In this document: in pieces, positions 49,315 to 60,410 of the stretch
Position numbering within the stretch: position 1 is the stretch's first letter
Layout of the letters: each line of letters starts with the position of its first letter
Origin: Malacoraja senta
Taxonomy: Eukaryota
Direction of reading: 5' to 3'
Length of the DNA: 64,000 nucleotides
NCBI GenBank assembly: GCA_038087875.1
Contig: JAXLNO010000342.1
Span: forward strand, 62,001-126,000
The notes under the pieces: model-generated
Told to the model about the DNA's origin: nothing
Databases searched by the model: none
Seen by the model: only the letters and a program-made list of their open reading frames with translations
Translations under genes and position numbers: made by a program

Positions 49315-51857
49315 GTTAAAGAAGGAACTGCAGATGCTGGAAAATCGAAGGTACACAAAAATGCTGGAGAAACTCAGCGGGTGCAGCAGCATCTATGGAG
49401 CGAAGGAAATAGGTAACGTTTCGGGCCGAAACCCTTCTTCAGACTGATAGGGGGTGGGGAGAAGAAAGGAAAAAAGGAAAAGGAGGAGGAGGAGCCCGAG
49501 GGTTGGGGGAGGGGAGGAGACAACCAGATGGCTGATGAAGGGGAGGGGACAGCCAGGGCTAGCAGAATTGGGAGAATTCAACGTTCAGGCCACCAGGGTG
49601 TAGACTGCCCAAGCGGAATATGAGGTGCATTTCCTCCAATTTACGGTGTTGCTCGCTGTGGCCATGGAGGAGACCCAGGACAGAGAGGTCAGATACGGAA
49701 TGGGAGGGGGAGTTGAAGTGCTGAGCCACCGGGAGTTCAGGTTGGTTATTGCGGACCGACCGGAGGTGTTCGGCGAAACGATCGCCAAGCCTCCGCTTGG
49801 TCTCACCGATGTAGATCAGCTGGCATCTAGAGCAGCGAATGCAATAGATGAGGTTGGAGGAGATGCAGGTGAACCTCTGTCGCACCTGGAACGACTGCTT
49901 GGGTCCTGGAATGGAGTGGAGGGGGGAAGTGAAGGGACAAGTGTTGCATCTCTTGCGGTTGCAAGGGAAAGTACCAGGGGAGGGGGTGGTATGGGAGGGA
50001 AGGGAAGAATTGACAAGGGAGTTACGGAGGGAGCGGTCTTTGCGGAAGGCAGACATAGGGGGAGATGGGAAGATGTGGCGAGTGGTGGGGTCACGTTGGA
50101 GGTGGCGAAACTGACGGAGGATCACTTGTTGTATGTGACGGCTGGTGGGGTGAAAGGTGAGGACTAGGGGGACTCTGCCTTTGTTGTGAGTGGGGGGATG
50201 GGGAGAGAGAGCAGTGTTGCGGGGTATGGCAGAGACCCTGGTGCGAGCCTCATCTATGGTGGAGGAGGGGAACCCCCGTTCCCTGAAGAATGAGGACATT
50301 TCAGATGCCCTGGTGTGGAACGCCTCATCCTGGGAGCAGATGCGGCGTAGACGGAGGAATTGGGAGTGGGGGATGGAGTCCTTACAGGAAGCAGGGTGGG
50401 AAGAAGTGTAGTCCAGATAGCCATGGGAGTCGGTAGGTTTGTAGTGGATGTCGGTAAGGAGTCTATCACCTGCGATGGAGATAGTGAGGTCAAGGAATGG
50501 TAGGGAAGTGTCGGAAATGGTCCAGGTGTATTTAAGTGCCGGATGGAATTTGGTGGTGAAGCGGATGAAGTCAGTCAGTTGTGTGTGGGTGCAGGATGTG
50601 GCACCAAAACAATCATCGATGTAGCGGAGGTAGAGGTCGGGGATGGGGCCCTGGTACGCATTGAACAGGGATTGTTCTACGTACCCGACAAAGAGGCAGG
50701 CGTAGCTGGGGCCCATGCGTGTGCCCATAGCTACGCCTTGTATTTGGAGGAAATGGGAGGAGTCGAATGAAAAGTTATTAAGTGTAAGTACCAGCTCCGC
50801 TAGGCGGAGGAGGGTGTCAGTGGCCGGGTATAGATTGCTTCTCCGGTCGAGGAAAAAACGGAGGGCTTTGAGACCATCCTGGTGGGGGATGGAGGTGTAC
50901 AGTGACTGGACGTCCATGGTGAAGATGAGGGGGTGAGGGCCTAGAGAGTGGAATGCGCGGAGATGACGGAGAGTGTCTGAGGTGTCTTGAACATAGGTGG
51001 GGAGGGATTTAACCAAGGGGGATAGTATGGAGTCGAGGTAGGTGGAGATGAGTTCGGTGGGGCAAGAACAGGCAGAGACAATGGGTCTACCGGGACAGTC
51101 AGGTTTGTGGATTTTGGGGAGAAGGTAAAAGCGGGCTGTGCGGGGCTGGGGAACGATGAGGTTGGAGGCTCGTTCGGGCAGGGCGTGGGAGTGGATGAAG
51201 TTGGTGATGGTGCTGGAGATGGTGGCCTGGTGCTCGTCAGTGGGGTCATGGTCCAGGGGTAAGTAGGAAGAGGTGTCCGAGAGTTGGCGCGTGGCCTCAG
51301 CTTTGTAGAGGTCGACGCGCCAGACTACCACGGCACCTCCCTTGTCGGCGGGTTTGATAACCCAATCTAGGTTGTTGCGGAGTGAGTCGATGGCAGTGCG
51401 TTCAAGGGGGGAGAGATTGGAGTGAGACAGGGGAGTGGAGAAGTTGAGGCGGTGGATGTCACGGCGGCAGTTTTTAATAAAGAGTTCTAAAGCCGGAAGG
51501 CTGCGAGGGGGGTTCCATGAGGATGGGGTGCGTTGGAGACGGGAAAAGGGGTCATCAGTGGGGAGCGAGGACTGCTTTCCATGGAAGTGAGCTGTGAGGC
51601 GGAGGCGACGGTAGAAGCGTTCCAAGTCATGGAGGGCACGGAACTCATTGAGATGGGGACGGAGGGGGACAAAGGTAAGACCTCTGCTGAGGACAGACCG
51701 TTCGATGTCGGAGAGGGGGAGGTCGGGGGGGATGGTGAACACCCGGCAGGGATGGGGGTTGGGGCCGGAGGAAGGCAGGTGGGTGTAATGGGGACGAGGC
51801 GATGTGTGGTGGGGGGGTGGTGGGTGGTCAGGGGGTGGGGGGGTGAGAGGGCAGTGG
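49315..51857 (-). mobile_element. Young Penelope-like retroelement, 5'-truncated
   Basis: 12-bp TSD TGAAACAATCTT (49303-49314, 51858-51869); open RT+GIY-YIG frame; hammerhead in the 3' tail. Confidence 0.95.
49415..49442 (-). ncRNA. Minimal hammerhead ribozyme core in the Penelope 3' tail
   Basis: CTGAAGA-A-GGGT(TTCG)GCCC-GAAAC-GTT, about 115 nt after the ORF stop. Confidence 0.65.
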
Positions 51858-51865
51858 TGAAACAA
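49559..51865 (-). CDS. Penelope RT + GIY-YIG endonuclease (open frame, no native ATG)
   Basis: KPADKG, LPKIHK..GRPIVS, MDVQSLYT, GVAMG, YLRYIDD, NLIYCIRC..C...YIGET..R..EH. The called start is a TTG inside the TSD. Confidence 0.9.
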   Translation of the reverse strand: MFHHCPLTPPPPDHPPPPHHTSPRPHYTHLPSSGPNPHPCRVFTIPPDLPLSDIERSVLSRGLTFVPLRPHLNEFRALHDLERFYRRLRLTAHFHGKQSSLPTDDPFSRLQRTPSSWNPPRSLPALELFIKNCRRDIHRLNFSTPLSHSNLSPLERTAIDSLRNNLDWVIKPADKGGAVVVWRVDLYKAEATRQLSDTSSYLPLDHDPTDEHQATISSTITNFIHSHALPERASNLIVPQPRTARFYLLPKIHKPDCPGRPIVSACSCPTELISTYLDSILSPLVKSLPTYVQDTSDTLRHLRAFHSLGPHPLIFTMDVQSLYTSIPHQDGLKALRFFLDRRSNLYPATDTLLRLAELVLTLNNFSFDSSHFLQIQGVAMGTRMGPSYACLFVGYVEQSLFNAYQGPIPDLYLRYIDDCFGATSCTHTQLTDFIRFTTKFHPALKYTWTISDTSLPFLDLTISIAGDRLLTDIHYKPTDSHGYLDYTSSHPASCKDSIPHSQFLRLRRICSQDEAFHTRASEMSSFFRERGFPSSTIDEARTRVSAIPRNTALSPHPPTHNKGRVPLVLTFHPTSRHIQQVILRQFRHLQRDPTTRHIFPSPPMSAFRKDRSLRNSLVNSSLPSHTTPSPGTFPCNRKRCNTCPFTSPLHSIPGPKQSFQVRQRFTCISSNLIYCIRCSRCQLIYIGETKRRLGDRFAEHLRSVRNNQPELPVAQHFNSPSHSVSDLSVLGLLHGHSEQHRKLEEMHLIFRLGSLHPGGLNVEFSQFC

Positions 51866-52682
51866 TCTTACTTGGATGACCTGAAATTAAAGCATATAAT
51901 TAGTTAGTTACCCATTTGTAGCTAATTACAAAATTCAATTACTAGATCTAAATATCTATCCATTTCTTAAGAAAAAGTTAACATTTTTAAAAAGCCTAAG
52001 TGTCCAAATAACATTCACACAAGAATTCACAATAAAACATTATTTTTAAATCTCATTGTCATTAATTTATAGGCCAAATGGAAGGAATTTAGTGTTTAAT
52101 TCCTGTAAATTAATGGCCATTTAAATCATCTTGCAAGTGGGTTTTTGTGGAACGCGCTGGTTTGGAACGTTGCGGTTGCACTGAATTAAACCCCAATATC
52201 GGCAGAAAAAATACAGCCGGTTGGTATATTTAAACAATCACATTTTCGCAACTTAAAATTTTTATTAAAGGCATCCTAAGAAGCAAGTTTATATGAAAAA
52301 ATAAATGGTGTACCTTGCCTTGTCCCGTGCGTGGAATCCGTCCCCGTTGTCGGCGTTTACGGCATTTGAAGATGATTTTAATTTTACTCCAACAATTAAA
52401 TTATAAAGCGCTAATATTAATAAACTTAATAAAACGGCAGTCGAAGCGATTTTCTTCATCAACTATTTAGCCTGTTCAAGATCATTTAGAACAGGCTGCC
52501 GAAATATCGCATTTTAAACCCGCCCCCCTCTCAAAGGCGCCAAAGTCGCGCACACGGGCAGTGACAGAACTGCAGCGCCGCTGAAGGTAAGTTTTGTAAC
52601 ATACCTAGATGTAGTCACAATGATTAAAATGGAAACAACAGAAGATAATGATTATCTATGAAAGAATATTTAACGTTCTTAC

Positions 52683-52949
52683 ACCAGATGATGGTCTTCC
52701 CACCGGGCAGGCTGCTGTGATCGACATGACAGGAATACTGTTTCCCATCATACGGATCATACTCAAGGACAGACCTTAGATGATATGTTCCATCGTTGTT
52801 GGGTATGACCCCAGAAGATTTGGTCTCAGAGACATGTTGACCATTCTGCAACCAGCTGACTTTGATGGCCGGTGGGTAAAATCCAAACACAGTGCAGTAC
52901 AGGACTGAATGATCATCAGGGCGGGCAGCGAGAGTGACCTCAGGGGAAA
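52683..52949 (-). CDS. Ig C1-set exon, MHC class I alpha3-like (module A)
   Basis: 267 bp, phase 1-1, TCTTGTAG acceptor and GTAAGA donor; SPEVTL...LYCTVFGFYPPAIKVSWLQNG...PNNDGTYHL...YSCHVDHSSL...IIW. Confidence 0.9.
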
Positions 52950-54676
52950 CTACAAGACAGTAAGATGGTTATTTTCACCTTCAGTAAAACGGGCAGTCAC
53001 CCATCACAAAATATTCTTCAGTCTACTACAACCACCAAGTTACTGTCCGCATCTGGCCCATTTTGCCTCTTTCGTCACCATCAACCAAACACGTGGTTTG
53101 AAAGGGACCGTACCCTCCCTGTTAAGACAGTACACAAGAAAGTTTGGAAGTACGTACCATTAAATTCAGGAACAGCTTCTTCCCCGCTGTTATTGGACTA
53201 CTGAATGATTCTCATGTAAGATAAGATGTTGCCCTGATCTTCCAACCAATCTCATTGTGATCCTTGCTACTCTTTTTGATCTGCACTTTCTCTGTAACTG
53301 TAATGCTATGATATTGTAAACCGATATTATGCACTCTGAATATTTTACTCTTTGCACTGATCTACTTGTGAATGGCTTGATTGCACATGTGAAGTATGAT
53401 CTGATTGGATAACACACAGGCAAACTTTTGACTATATCTCAGTTCACGTGACAATAATAAACTAATACCAACAGCAAATCTTTTCACTAGGGCACATTAT
53501 TGACAATAATAAATAATTGACAATTTACGAAATGAGGGCCAATTGGGGCGGGGACAAGCTTAAAATTGGCAGTATTTTCACTCCTCTTCAATAAGAGATA
53601 AAAGAGACCAGTCATTTGTTTACAAAATCTCTTTTTGCAGAGTATGGTCATTCTCTGGCTCCAGAGATTTGTGAAGACAAAATCATTGGAAGCATTTAAT
53701 ATGGCGGTAGTTAAACTTTTGAAAGATTGGAGAATTGAGTGCAATGAGGAACTGGCACCGAACAGGAGTGATGCCTGAGGAACGTCAGCCATGGTAATAT
53801 TGAATGGTGGGCAGGTTAGAGGACCAAATGGCTTACTTGATAACTGAGGAGAAAATCAGGCTTCTGAATGATCGTTCCATAAGCTAGGGTACTGTCCAAT
53901 TGACCATTACCCCATTACAGACAGTGGACTTTGTTTATGGAACTATGTAGGAAGGAACTGTAGATGCTGGTTTAAACCGCAGATAGACACAAAATGCTAG
54001 AGTAACTCAACGGGTCAGGCAGCATCTCTGGAGAGAAGGAATGTGTCACGTTTTGTGTCGAAACCCTTATCTAATGGAACTGGTGTGCTACATTGCTGAG
54101 AACTATATGCCACACTCTGTACCTTCCCCTTTGCTCTACCTTCAGTACTTGAGTCTCACTGGAGAGGCCCCACATTCACACTTACTCAAATACCACACAT
54201 TTCCTGCTAGACTAGTTTTTCAACTGTTTACTCTCACAGTCTGCCCTGTGAACATGCAGAAATTAACATCACAAAACATCAGGATTGAACAACTCATTAT
54301 CAACCTTAGACACAGAGTGCTCAAGTAACTCAGCGAGACCGGCAGCATCTCTGGAGAAAAAGGCTGGATGACACTTCGTGTCAGGACCCTACTTCAGTCT
54401 CAAGCAGGGTTATTCTGAAGAAGGGTCCCAACCCGATACATCAGTCTGAAGAAGGATCCCAACCTGAAGCTTCACCCAGCATTTTTGTGTACCTTTTTCT
54501 ACAGAGATGCTGTAGCACACCTCTGACCCATTGAGTTACTCCAGCACTTTGTGACACTCTCTGGTACAAACCAGCATCTGCAGTTCGTTGTTTCTACATC
54601 ATTATCTATCTCTTTGAGAAAGCGTTCCCATAGAATTTGCATCCTAACAAAATGAGATCACACAAAGTTAGCAATA

Positions 54677-54995
54677 AGGGCGGCACAGTGGCACAGTTGT
54701 AGAGTTGCTGCCTTACAGTGTTTGCAGTGCCAGAGACCCGGTTTCAATCTTGACTATGGGTGCTGTCTGTACGTAGTTAGTACGTTCTCCCCGTGACCTG
54801 CGTGGATTTTCGCTGAGATCTTCGATTTCCTCCCACACTCCAAAGACGTGCAGGAATGTAGGTTAATTGGCTTGATGCATGTCAAATTGTCCCTCGTGTA
54901 TAGGATAGTGTTGGTGTGCGGGTTAGTCGCTGGCCGGTGCTGACTCGGTGGGCTGAAAGGCCTGTTTATACGCTGTGTATCTAAATTAAAAAACT
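54677..54995 (+). mobile_element. HE1/V-SINE-type SINE, full length
   Basis: GGGCGGCACAGTGGC head, V-domain-like core, CTAAA tail. Confidence 0.85.
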
Positions 54996-55023
54996 AAAGA
55001 ACCTATTTTACATATCTCACTAC

Positions 55024-55085
55024 CTTTGGTCCACGCTGTGTTCTCTCTGGTGTAGACTGCTTGAGCCATTTTCAGCTTATTCTCG
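55024..55085 (-). CDS. Possible short exon upstream of module A C1 (ENKLKMAQAVYTRENTAWTK)
   Basis: CTCTATTAG acceptor; two nearby donors, both phase 1. No homology recognised. Confidence 0.2.
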
Positions 55086-55512
55086 CTAATAGAGATAGCA
55101 ACATGAAAACCACAGAAAGAATCTTAAAATAAACTGAATCCTGCAGCATATAAACAGGCCCATTTGCCCAATCTTGTTTATCCTGACTGAGATGTTTATC
55201 TACAATTACATGAATTACGCCCATATCCCTCCCTGACTTTCCTACCAAATGTCCAAATGCTTTATAGACATTGTGATTATGTCTGCCTCTACCATCTCCC
55301 CTGCAGCTCATTCCAGATAACTACTGTGGTGAGAAACATCTGCTCAGATCCCCTTGACGTTTCTCTCCCATCACCTTAAACCTCCTGTTCTAGTCCCCAC
55401 TGCCCCGGGAAAGAGACAGTTGCTCTCTATCCTATCTATACCCTAAAGATAGACACAAAATGCCGGAGCAGGGCAGGCAGTATTTATGGAGAGAAGGAAT
55501 GGATGATGTTTA

Positions 55513-55881
55513 GAAACGTCACTCATTCCTTCCCTCCAAAGATGCTGCCTGGCCTGCTGAGTTACTCCAGCATTTTATGTCTGTCTTCGGTGTAAAACAG
55601 CATCTGTAGATCCTTCCTGAAGAAGGATATCGACCCGAAATGTCACCCATTCCTTCTCTCCAGAGATGCTGCCTGTCCCACTGAGTTACTCCAGCATTTT
55701 ATGTCTGTCTTCGGTGTAAACCAGCATCTGTAGATCCTTCCTGAAGAAGGGTCTCAACCCGAAAAGGTCTCGACCCGAAATATCACCCATTCCTTCTCTC
55801 CAGTGATGCTACATGTCCCACTGAGTTACTCCAGCTTTTTGTGTCTTTCTTCTGTTTAAACCAGCATCTGCAGATCCTTCC
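55513..55881 (+). repeat. Head-to-tail array of 124-bp Penelope-tail units carrying hammerhead motifs
   Basis: GAAACGTCAC at 55513 and GAAATGTCAC at 55637; CTGAAGA at 55617 and 55741 (period 124). Confidence 0.85.
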
Positions 55882-56189
55882 GACACAATCTATAGCCCTC
55901 ATTATTTCACTCCTGCATTCTAGTGAGAATAAATGCAGCCTATCCAATCTCTTCACATAACACCAGACCTCTATTCCAGGCAACAACCTGGCAAAACCCT
56001 TCTGCACTATTTTTGATGCCATCACATCCTTTTTGGTTTAGAGATACATTGCAGAAACAGGCCCTTCGGCCCACGCCAACCAGTGATCCCCGCACAGTAA
56101 CGTTAGTAGTGGAGCGACCAGAACTCTACACAATACTCCATGTGCAGCCTAACCAATGTTTTGTTTGATTTCTCAACTCATATACTTGA

Positions 56190-56785
56190 TGCCAGAGTCT
56201 ATTCAGTTATACAGGGCCTTGGTGAGACTGCACCTGGAGTATTTTGTGCAGTCTTGGTCACCTAGTTTGAAGAAGAACATTCTAGCTACTGAGGGAGTCC
56301 AGCAAAGTTCACCAGGTTAATTACCGGGATGGCAGGACTGACATATGATACAAGAATGAATCGACTGGCTTATATTCACTGGAATTCAGAAGGATGAGAG
56401 GGAATCAGATAGAAACAGAATACTAACAAGGGATTTGACAGACTAGATGCAGGAAAAATATTCTCAATGTTGGGGGAGTCCAGAACCAGGGGTCACAGTT
56501 TACGAATAAGGGGTAGGCCATTTAGGATTGAGATGGGGAAAAACCTTTTCACCCAGAGTGTTGTGAATCTGTGGAATTCTCTGCCACAGAAGGCAGCGGA
56601 GACCAATTCACTGAATGTATTCAAGAGAGAGTTAGCTCCTAGGGTTAACGAAATCAAGGGATATGGGAAGAAAGCAGGAACAGGGTACTGATTCTGGTTG
56701 ATCAGCCATGACCATATTGAATGGTGGTGCTGGCTCGAAGGGCCAAATGGCCTACTCCTGCACCAATTTTTATATGTTTCTATGT
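56190..56785 (+). mobile_element. CR1 3' fragment
   Basis: ORF 56467-56691 with CR1 3' UTR and tail. Confidence 0.88.
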
Positions 56786-57309
56786 CTAAGTGGACAAACA
56801 TGCCAAAGTGCATTTTTTGCTTTCCTGTCCACCCTTGTCGGCATTTTCACGTATCAATGAACTTGCAACCCAAGGACTCGCTGTATATTAACACCCCTCA
56901 GGTTCTTACCGTTTATGTCCTACCAGAACATGACATGCCGACACGCACAACTTCACGCATGTCTGGATTACATTCCTTCTGCTATTGCTCCATCCAGCTC
57001 TCTAGCTAATCTGTATCCCACTGGATCCATAGACAACCTTCTTCAATGTACATGTCATCTGCAAACCTACTAATCAAACCACCAATATTCACATCCACAT
57101 CATATATACTATCCACTGCAAAACACAAAGGGCTGCAGGGACTCAGCAGGTCAGGTAATATCTGGAGGGATTTTTTCCCCACCAAGGATAAATATTATTC
57201 AGAATAATGAAATGTATACAAAAGAAGAACAGGGCAAACAACGTTTCTGCCATTCTCAGTGTCCACACATGAATTAATTACGGTTATTTTCGATTGTGTT
57301 CACAAACTA

Positions 57310-57500
57310 TCCTTATATCAAGCACCCTTGGCACTCGTATAGCCCCCCTGGGTTAATAGCCCTTCCCTTGTTTGAGGGGCGTCTTCACCAGTTGCAGCCC
57401 CCCAATGTATTACCACGAAGGACCCTAGACTGTAGACCTCCACTGAGCCTTGGTGTTGGCTGCAACAAGCTCCAGTGAGTCCCTCAGCACGTAGTCCTGC
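57310..57500 (-). mobile_element. Tx1-like LINE 3' fragment
   Basis: QDYVLRDSLELVAANTKAQW...* followed by UTR-like sequence; recognised from memory only. Confidence 0.45.
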
Positions 57501-58429
57501 AATCTGGAATGGACAGATGATGTTTTGGGTCAGACACTTCTTCAGACTGATTGTAATAGAAAGCTGAAAAAGATAGGTGGGGCTGGGACAAAGCCTGGCA
57601 AGTGATACAGGTGATAAGACATAAAATGCTGGAGTAACTCAGGCAACATCTCTGGAGAGAAGGAATGGGTGCCTTTTTAGGTCGAGATTCTTCTTCAGAC
57701 TAGTTGGGGATAAGGGAAACAAGAGATATAGACAATGATGTTGAAAGATAAAGAACAATGAATGAAAGATATGCAAAAAAGTAATGATGATAAAGGAAAC
57801 AGGCCATTGTTATTTATTTGTTGGGTGAAAACGAGAAGCTGGTGCGACTAGAGAACAGATTTTGATAAGTAGACGGGTGGAGTAAGTGGCAACGGCTAGA
57901 GGTGAAAAGGAGACAAAGGGTCTGAAGAAGGATCTCGGCCCGAAACATCACCAATTCCTTTTCTCCAGAGATGCTGCCTGTCCCACAAAGTTACTCCAAC
58001 TTTTTGTGTCTATCTTCGGTTTTAACCAGCATCAGCAGTTCCTTCCTGTACATCCTGCCTTGTGCAGCATTGTTCTGTGTCTCCAAATAGAGTGTAAATA
58101 AAACCTGGCATCCTGTGTGCCATTTAAATTAATTATGATTGATGTATATTTTTATTCCATGCAATCCTACAAAGTATTCCACAATACACCACTCGGCAGC
58201 ATTCAGTAGATGGTGCCCGATGCAAGGCAGCTCTTTGAACTAGTTCATAGATCACATTTGTATTCTTTTCACATAGTCTTTTAAAATTTAGTTGACCAAT
58301 TAGTTTAAATCTTTTTTTCCCCCAAGTTACTGAACTTTTTCCACAGGAAGTACTTTTTATGGCCCATTCTAGTGAGAAAATTGATGATTGAAAAACAAGA
58401 AAACTGTTCTACTGTACTCACTCTAAACT

Positions 58430-59338
58430 CATGACTGCGTAGCCAGACGTAGTCCGAACTCCATCATCAAGTTCGCCGACGACACCACTGTTGTGTGACG
58501 AATCACTGATGGTGATGAGTCAGAGTATATTAGTGAGATCGACCGATTGACCAAATGGTACGAGCACAATAACCTGGCCCACAACACCAGTAAAACCAAG
58601 GACTGATTGTGGACTTTGGAAGGGGTAGGATAGGGACTCACAATCCCATTTATATCAAATTTATATGGTGGAAAGGGTCAAGAACTTCAAATTCCTGAGG
58701 GTGCATATTTCCAAAGATCTTTCCAGGTCCCAGCACACTGATGCAATTAAAAAGAAGGCACATCAGCGCCTCTACTTCCTGAGAAGATTACAGAGAGTTG
58801 GTATGTCATGGAGGACTCTCTCGAACTTCTACACGTGCACAGTAGAGAGCAAACTGACTGGTTGCATCGTGGCTTGGTTCGGCAACTTCAACATCCAGGA
58901 GCGGAAAAGAATGAAGAAAGTTGTAAACACTGCCCAGTCCATCTTCGGCTCTGACCTCCCCAGCATCGAAGGGATCCATCGCAGTCGCTGCCTCAAAATG
59001 GCGGCCAACATCATCAAAGACCCACACCATCCTGGCCACACACTCATCTCTCCATTGCCATCGGGAAGAAGCTGCAGGAGCTAGAAATCTGGAACATCCA
59101 GGTTCAAGAACAGCTTCTTCCCCACAGACATCAGGCTATTAAACACGACATCAAACAAACTCTGAACAATAACAGCCTATTGCACTTTATCTGTTTATTT
59201 ATTGTGTATATATATGGTCTATGGTATATAGACACACTGAACTTTTTCTGTATTATGTTTACATATTCTGTTGTGCTGCAGCAGGCAAGAATTCATTGTC
59301 CTATCTGGGACACATGACAATAAAACTCTCTTGACTTT
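58430..59338 (+). mobile_element. Rex1/Babar-like LINE 3' fragment
   Basis: IIKFADDTTVV; KKAHQRLYFLRRL; FYTCTVES; FKNSFFP. The same 3' UTR (GACAATAAAACTCTCTTGAC) recurs at 19681-19868, about 20190-20330(-), about 31420-31560(-) and 61520-61590. Confidence 0.75.
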
Positions 59339-59354
59339 TGGGCAGCACTATTAT

Positions 59355-59662
59355 GGGTGGCACGGTGCAGTAGAGGTAGAGCGACTGCCTCAAAGTGCCA
59401 GAGACCCGGGTTCAATCCTGACTATAGGTGCTGTCTGTATGGAGTCTGATCGTTCTCCCTGTGATCTGCATGGGTTTTCTCCAAGACCATCGATTTCCTC
59501 CCACGTACAAAGACGTACATGTTTATAGGTTAATGGGCTTGGTGTAAATATTAAATTGTCCCAAGTTTGTGTGTAGGGTAGCGTTAAGGTGCATGAATCA
59601 CTGGCCGGTGCAGACTCGATGGGCCAAAGGGCCTGTTTCTGTTCTATATCTCTAAACTAAGC
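59355..59662 (+). mobile_element. HE1/V-SINE-type SINE
   Basis: GGGTGGCACGGTG head, GGGTTCAATCC B-box, core and tail. Confidence 0.82.
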
Positions 59663-59974
59663 TATTAACGTGTGCACCAAATCACTGACAAGAATAAAGT
59701 CATCGAACACAGAAACATGCGTCATAGTTTAAAAATAAGGGGTAGGCCATTTAGGAATGAGATAAGGAAAAACGTTTTCACCCAGAGAGTTGTATATCTG
59801 TGGTCTTCTTTGCCACAGAAGGCAGTGGAGACCAATTCACTGGATGTTTTCAAGATAGAGTTAGATTTAGCTCTTAGGGCTAATGGAATCAAGGATATGG
59901 GTAAAAAGCAGGAACGGGGTACAGATTTTGGATGATCAGCATGCGTGCTGGCGCGGTCTTCACCTTCTGACATC

Positions 59975-60410
59975 TAGATTATGAAGGGTATCTTCAACTC
60001 AAAACCTCCCAGGCCTAGGGACGTAGAGATATGGGTTGTTAACATTGAGCTACGTCAATTCGCCGGTGGGCTCCAGCTACATCCCTGTCCTTGGTCAAAC
60101 TCACTTACTAGTGATTATGCTCATGGCGCTGAGTTCAGCGCAACGGGTCCAGTCATTGCATAAGTTAACACTGGATAGGAAGATCTGCGGGCAATAATAA
60201 GGTTTTATGTTTATGACTTAGTCAAGCAGAGTAGACCAGGGGCATAAGGTCAAACTAGATGTTTGCATATCCCATGGACCTTGGGTTGTGTGGGGTCACA
60301 CATCTACACCAGAATGTTAAGGTCCCTAAGAGCCTTATAGACTGAACTAGCAATATTGTTAGTTACATAAAACCTCGTTAGAAGGTATCACTACAGACCA
60401 TCTCCAGGGG
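59975..60410 (+). pseudogene. Degraded DIRS tyrosine-recombinase fragment
   Basis: MKGIFNSKPPRPR, LMALSSAQRVQSLHKL and KQSRPG, homologous to 24514-25590. Confidence 0.75.

Larger units (their letters stand above)
49011..52606. mobile_element. ~1-kb non-autonomous DNA element (MITE) split by the Penelope insertion
   Basis: Imperfect TIRs AGCAATGTCACAAAA and TTTTGTAACATACCT; flanks GGATGT and AGATGT. The sequence is continuous across the Penelope TSD. Confidence 0.6.
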
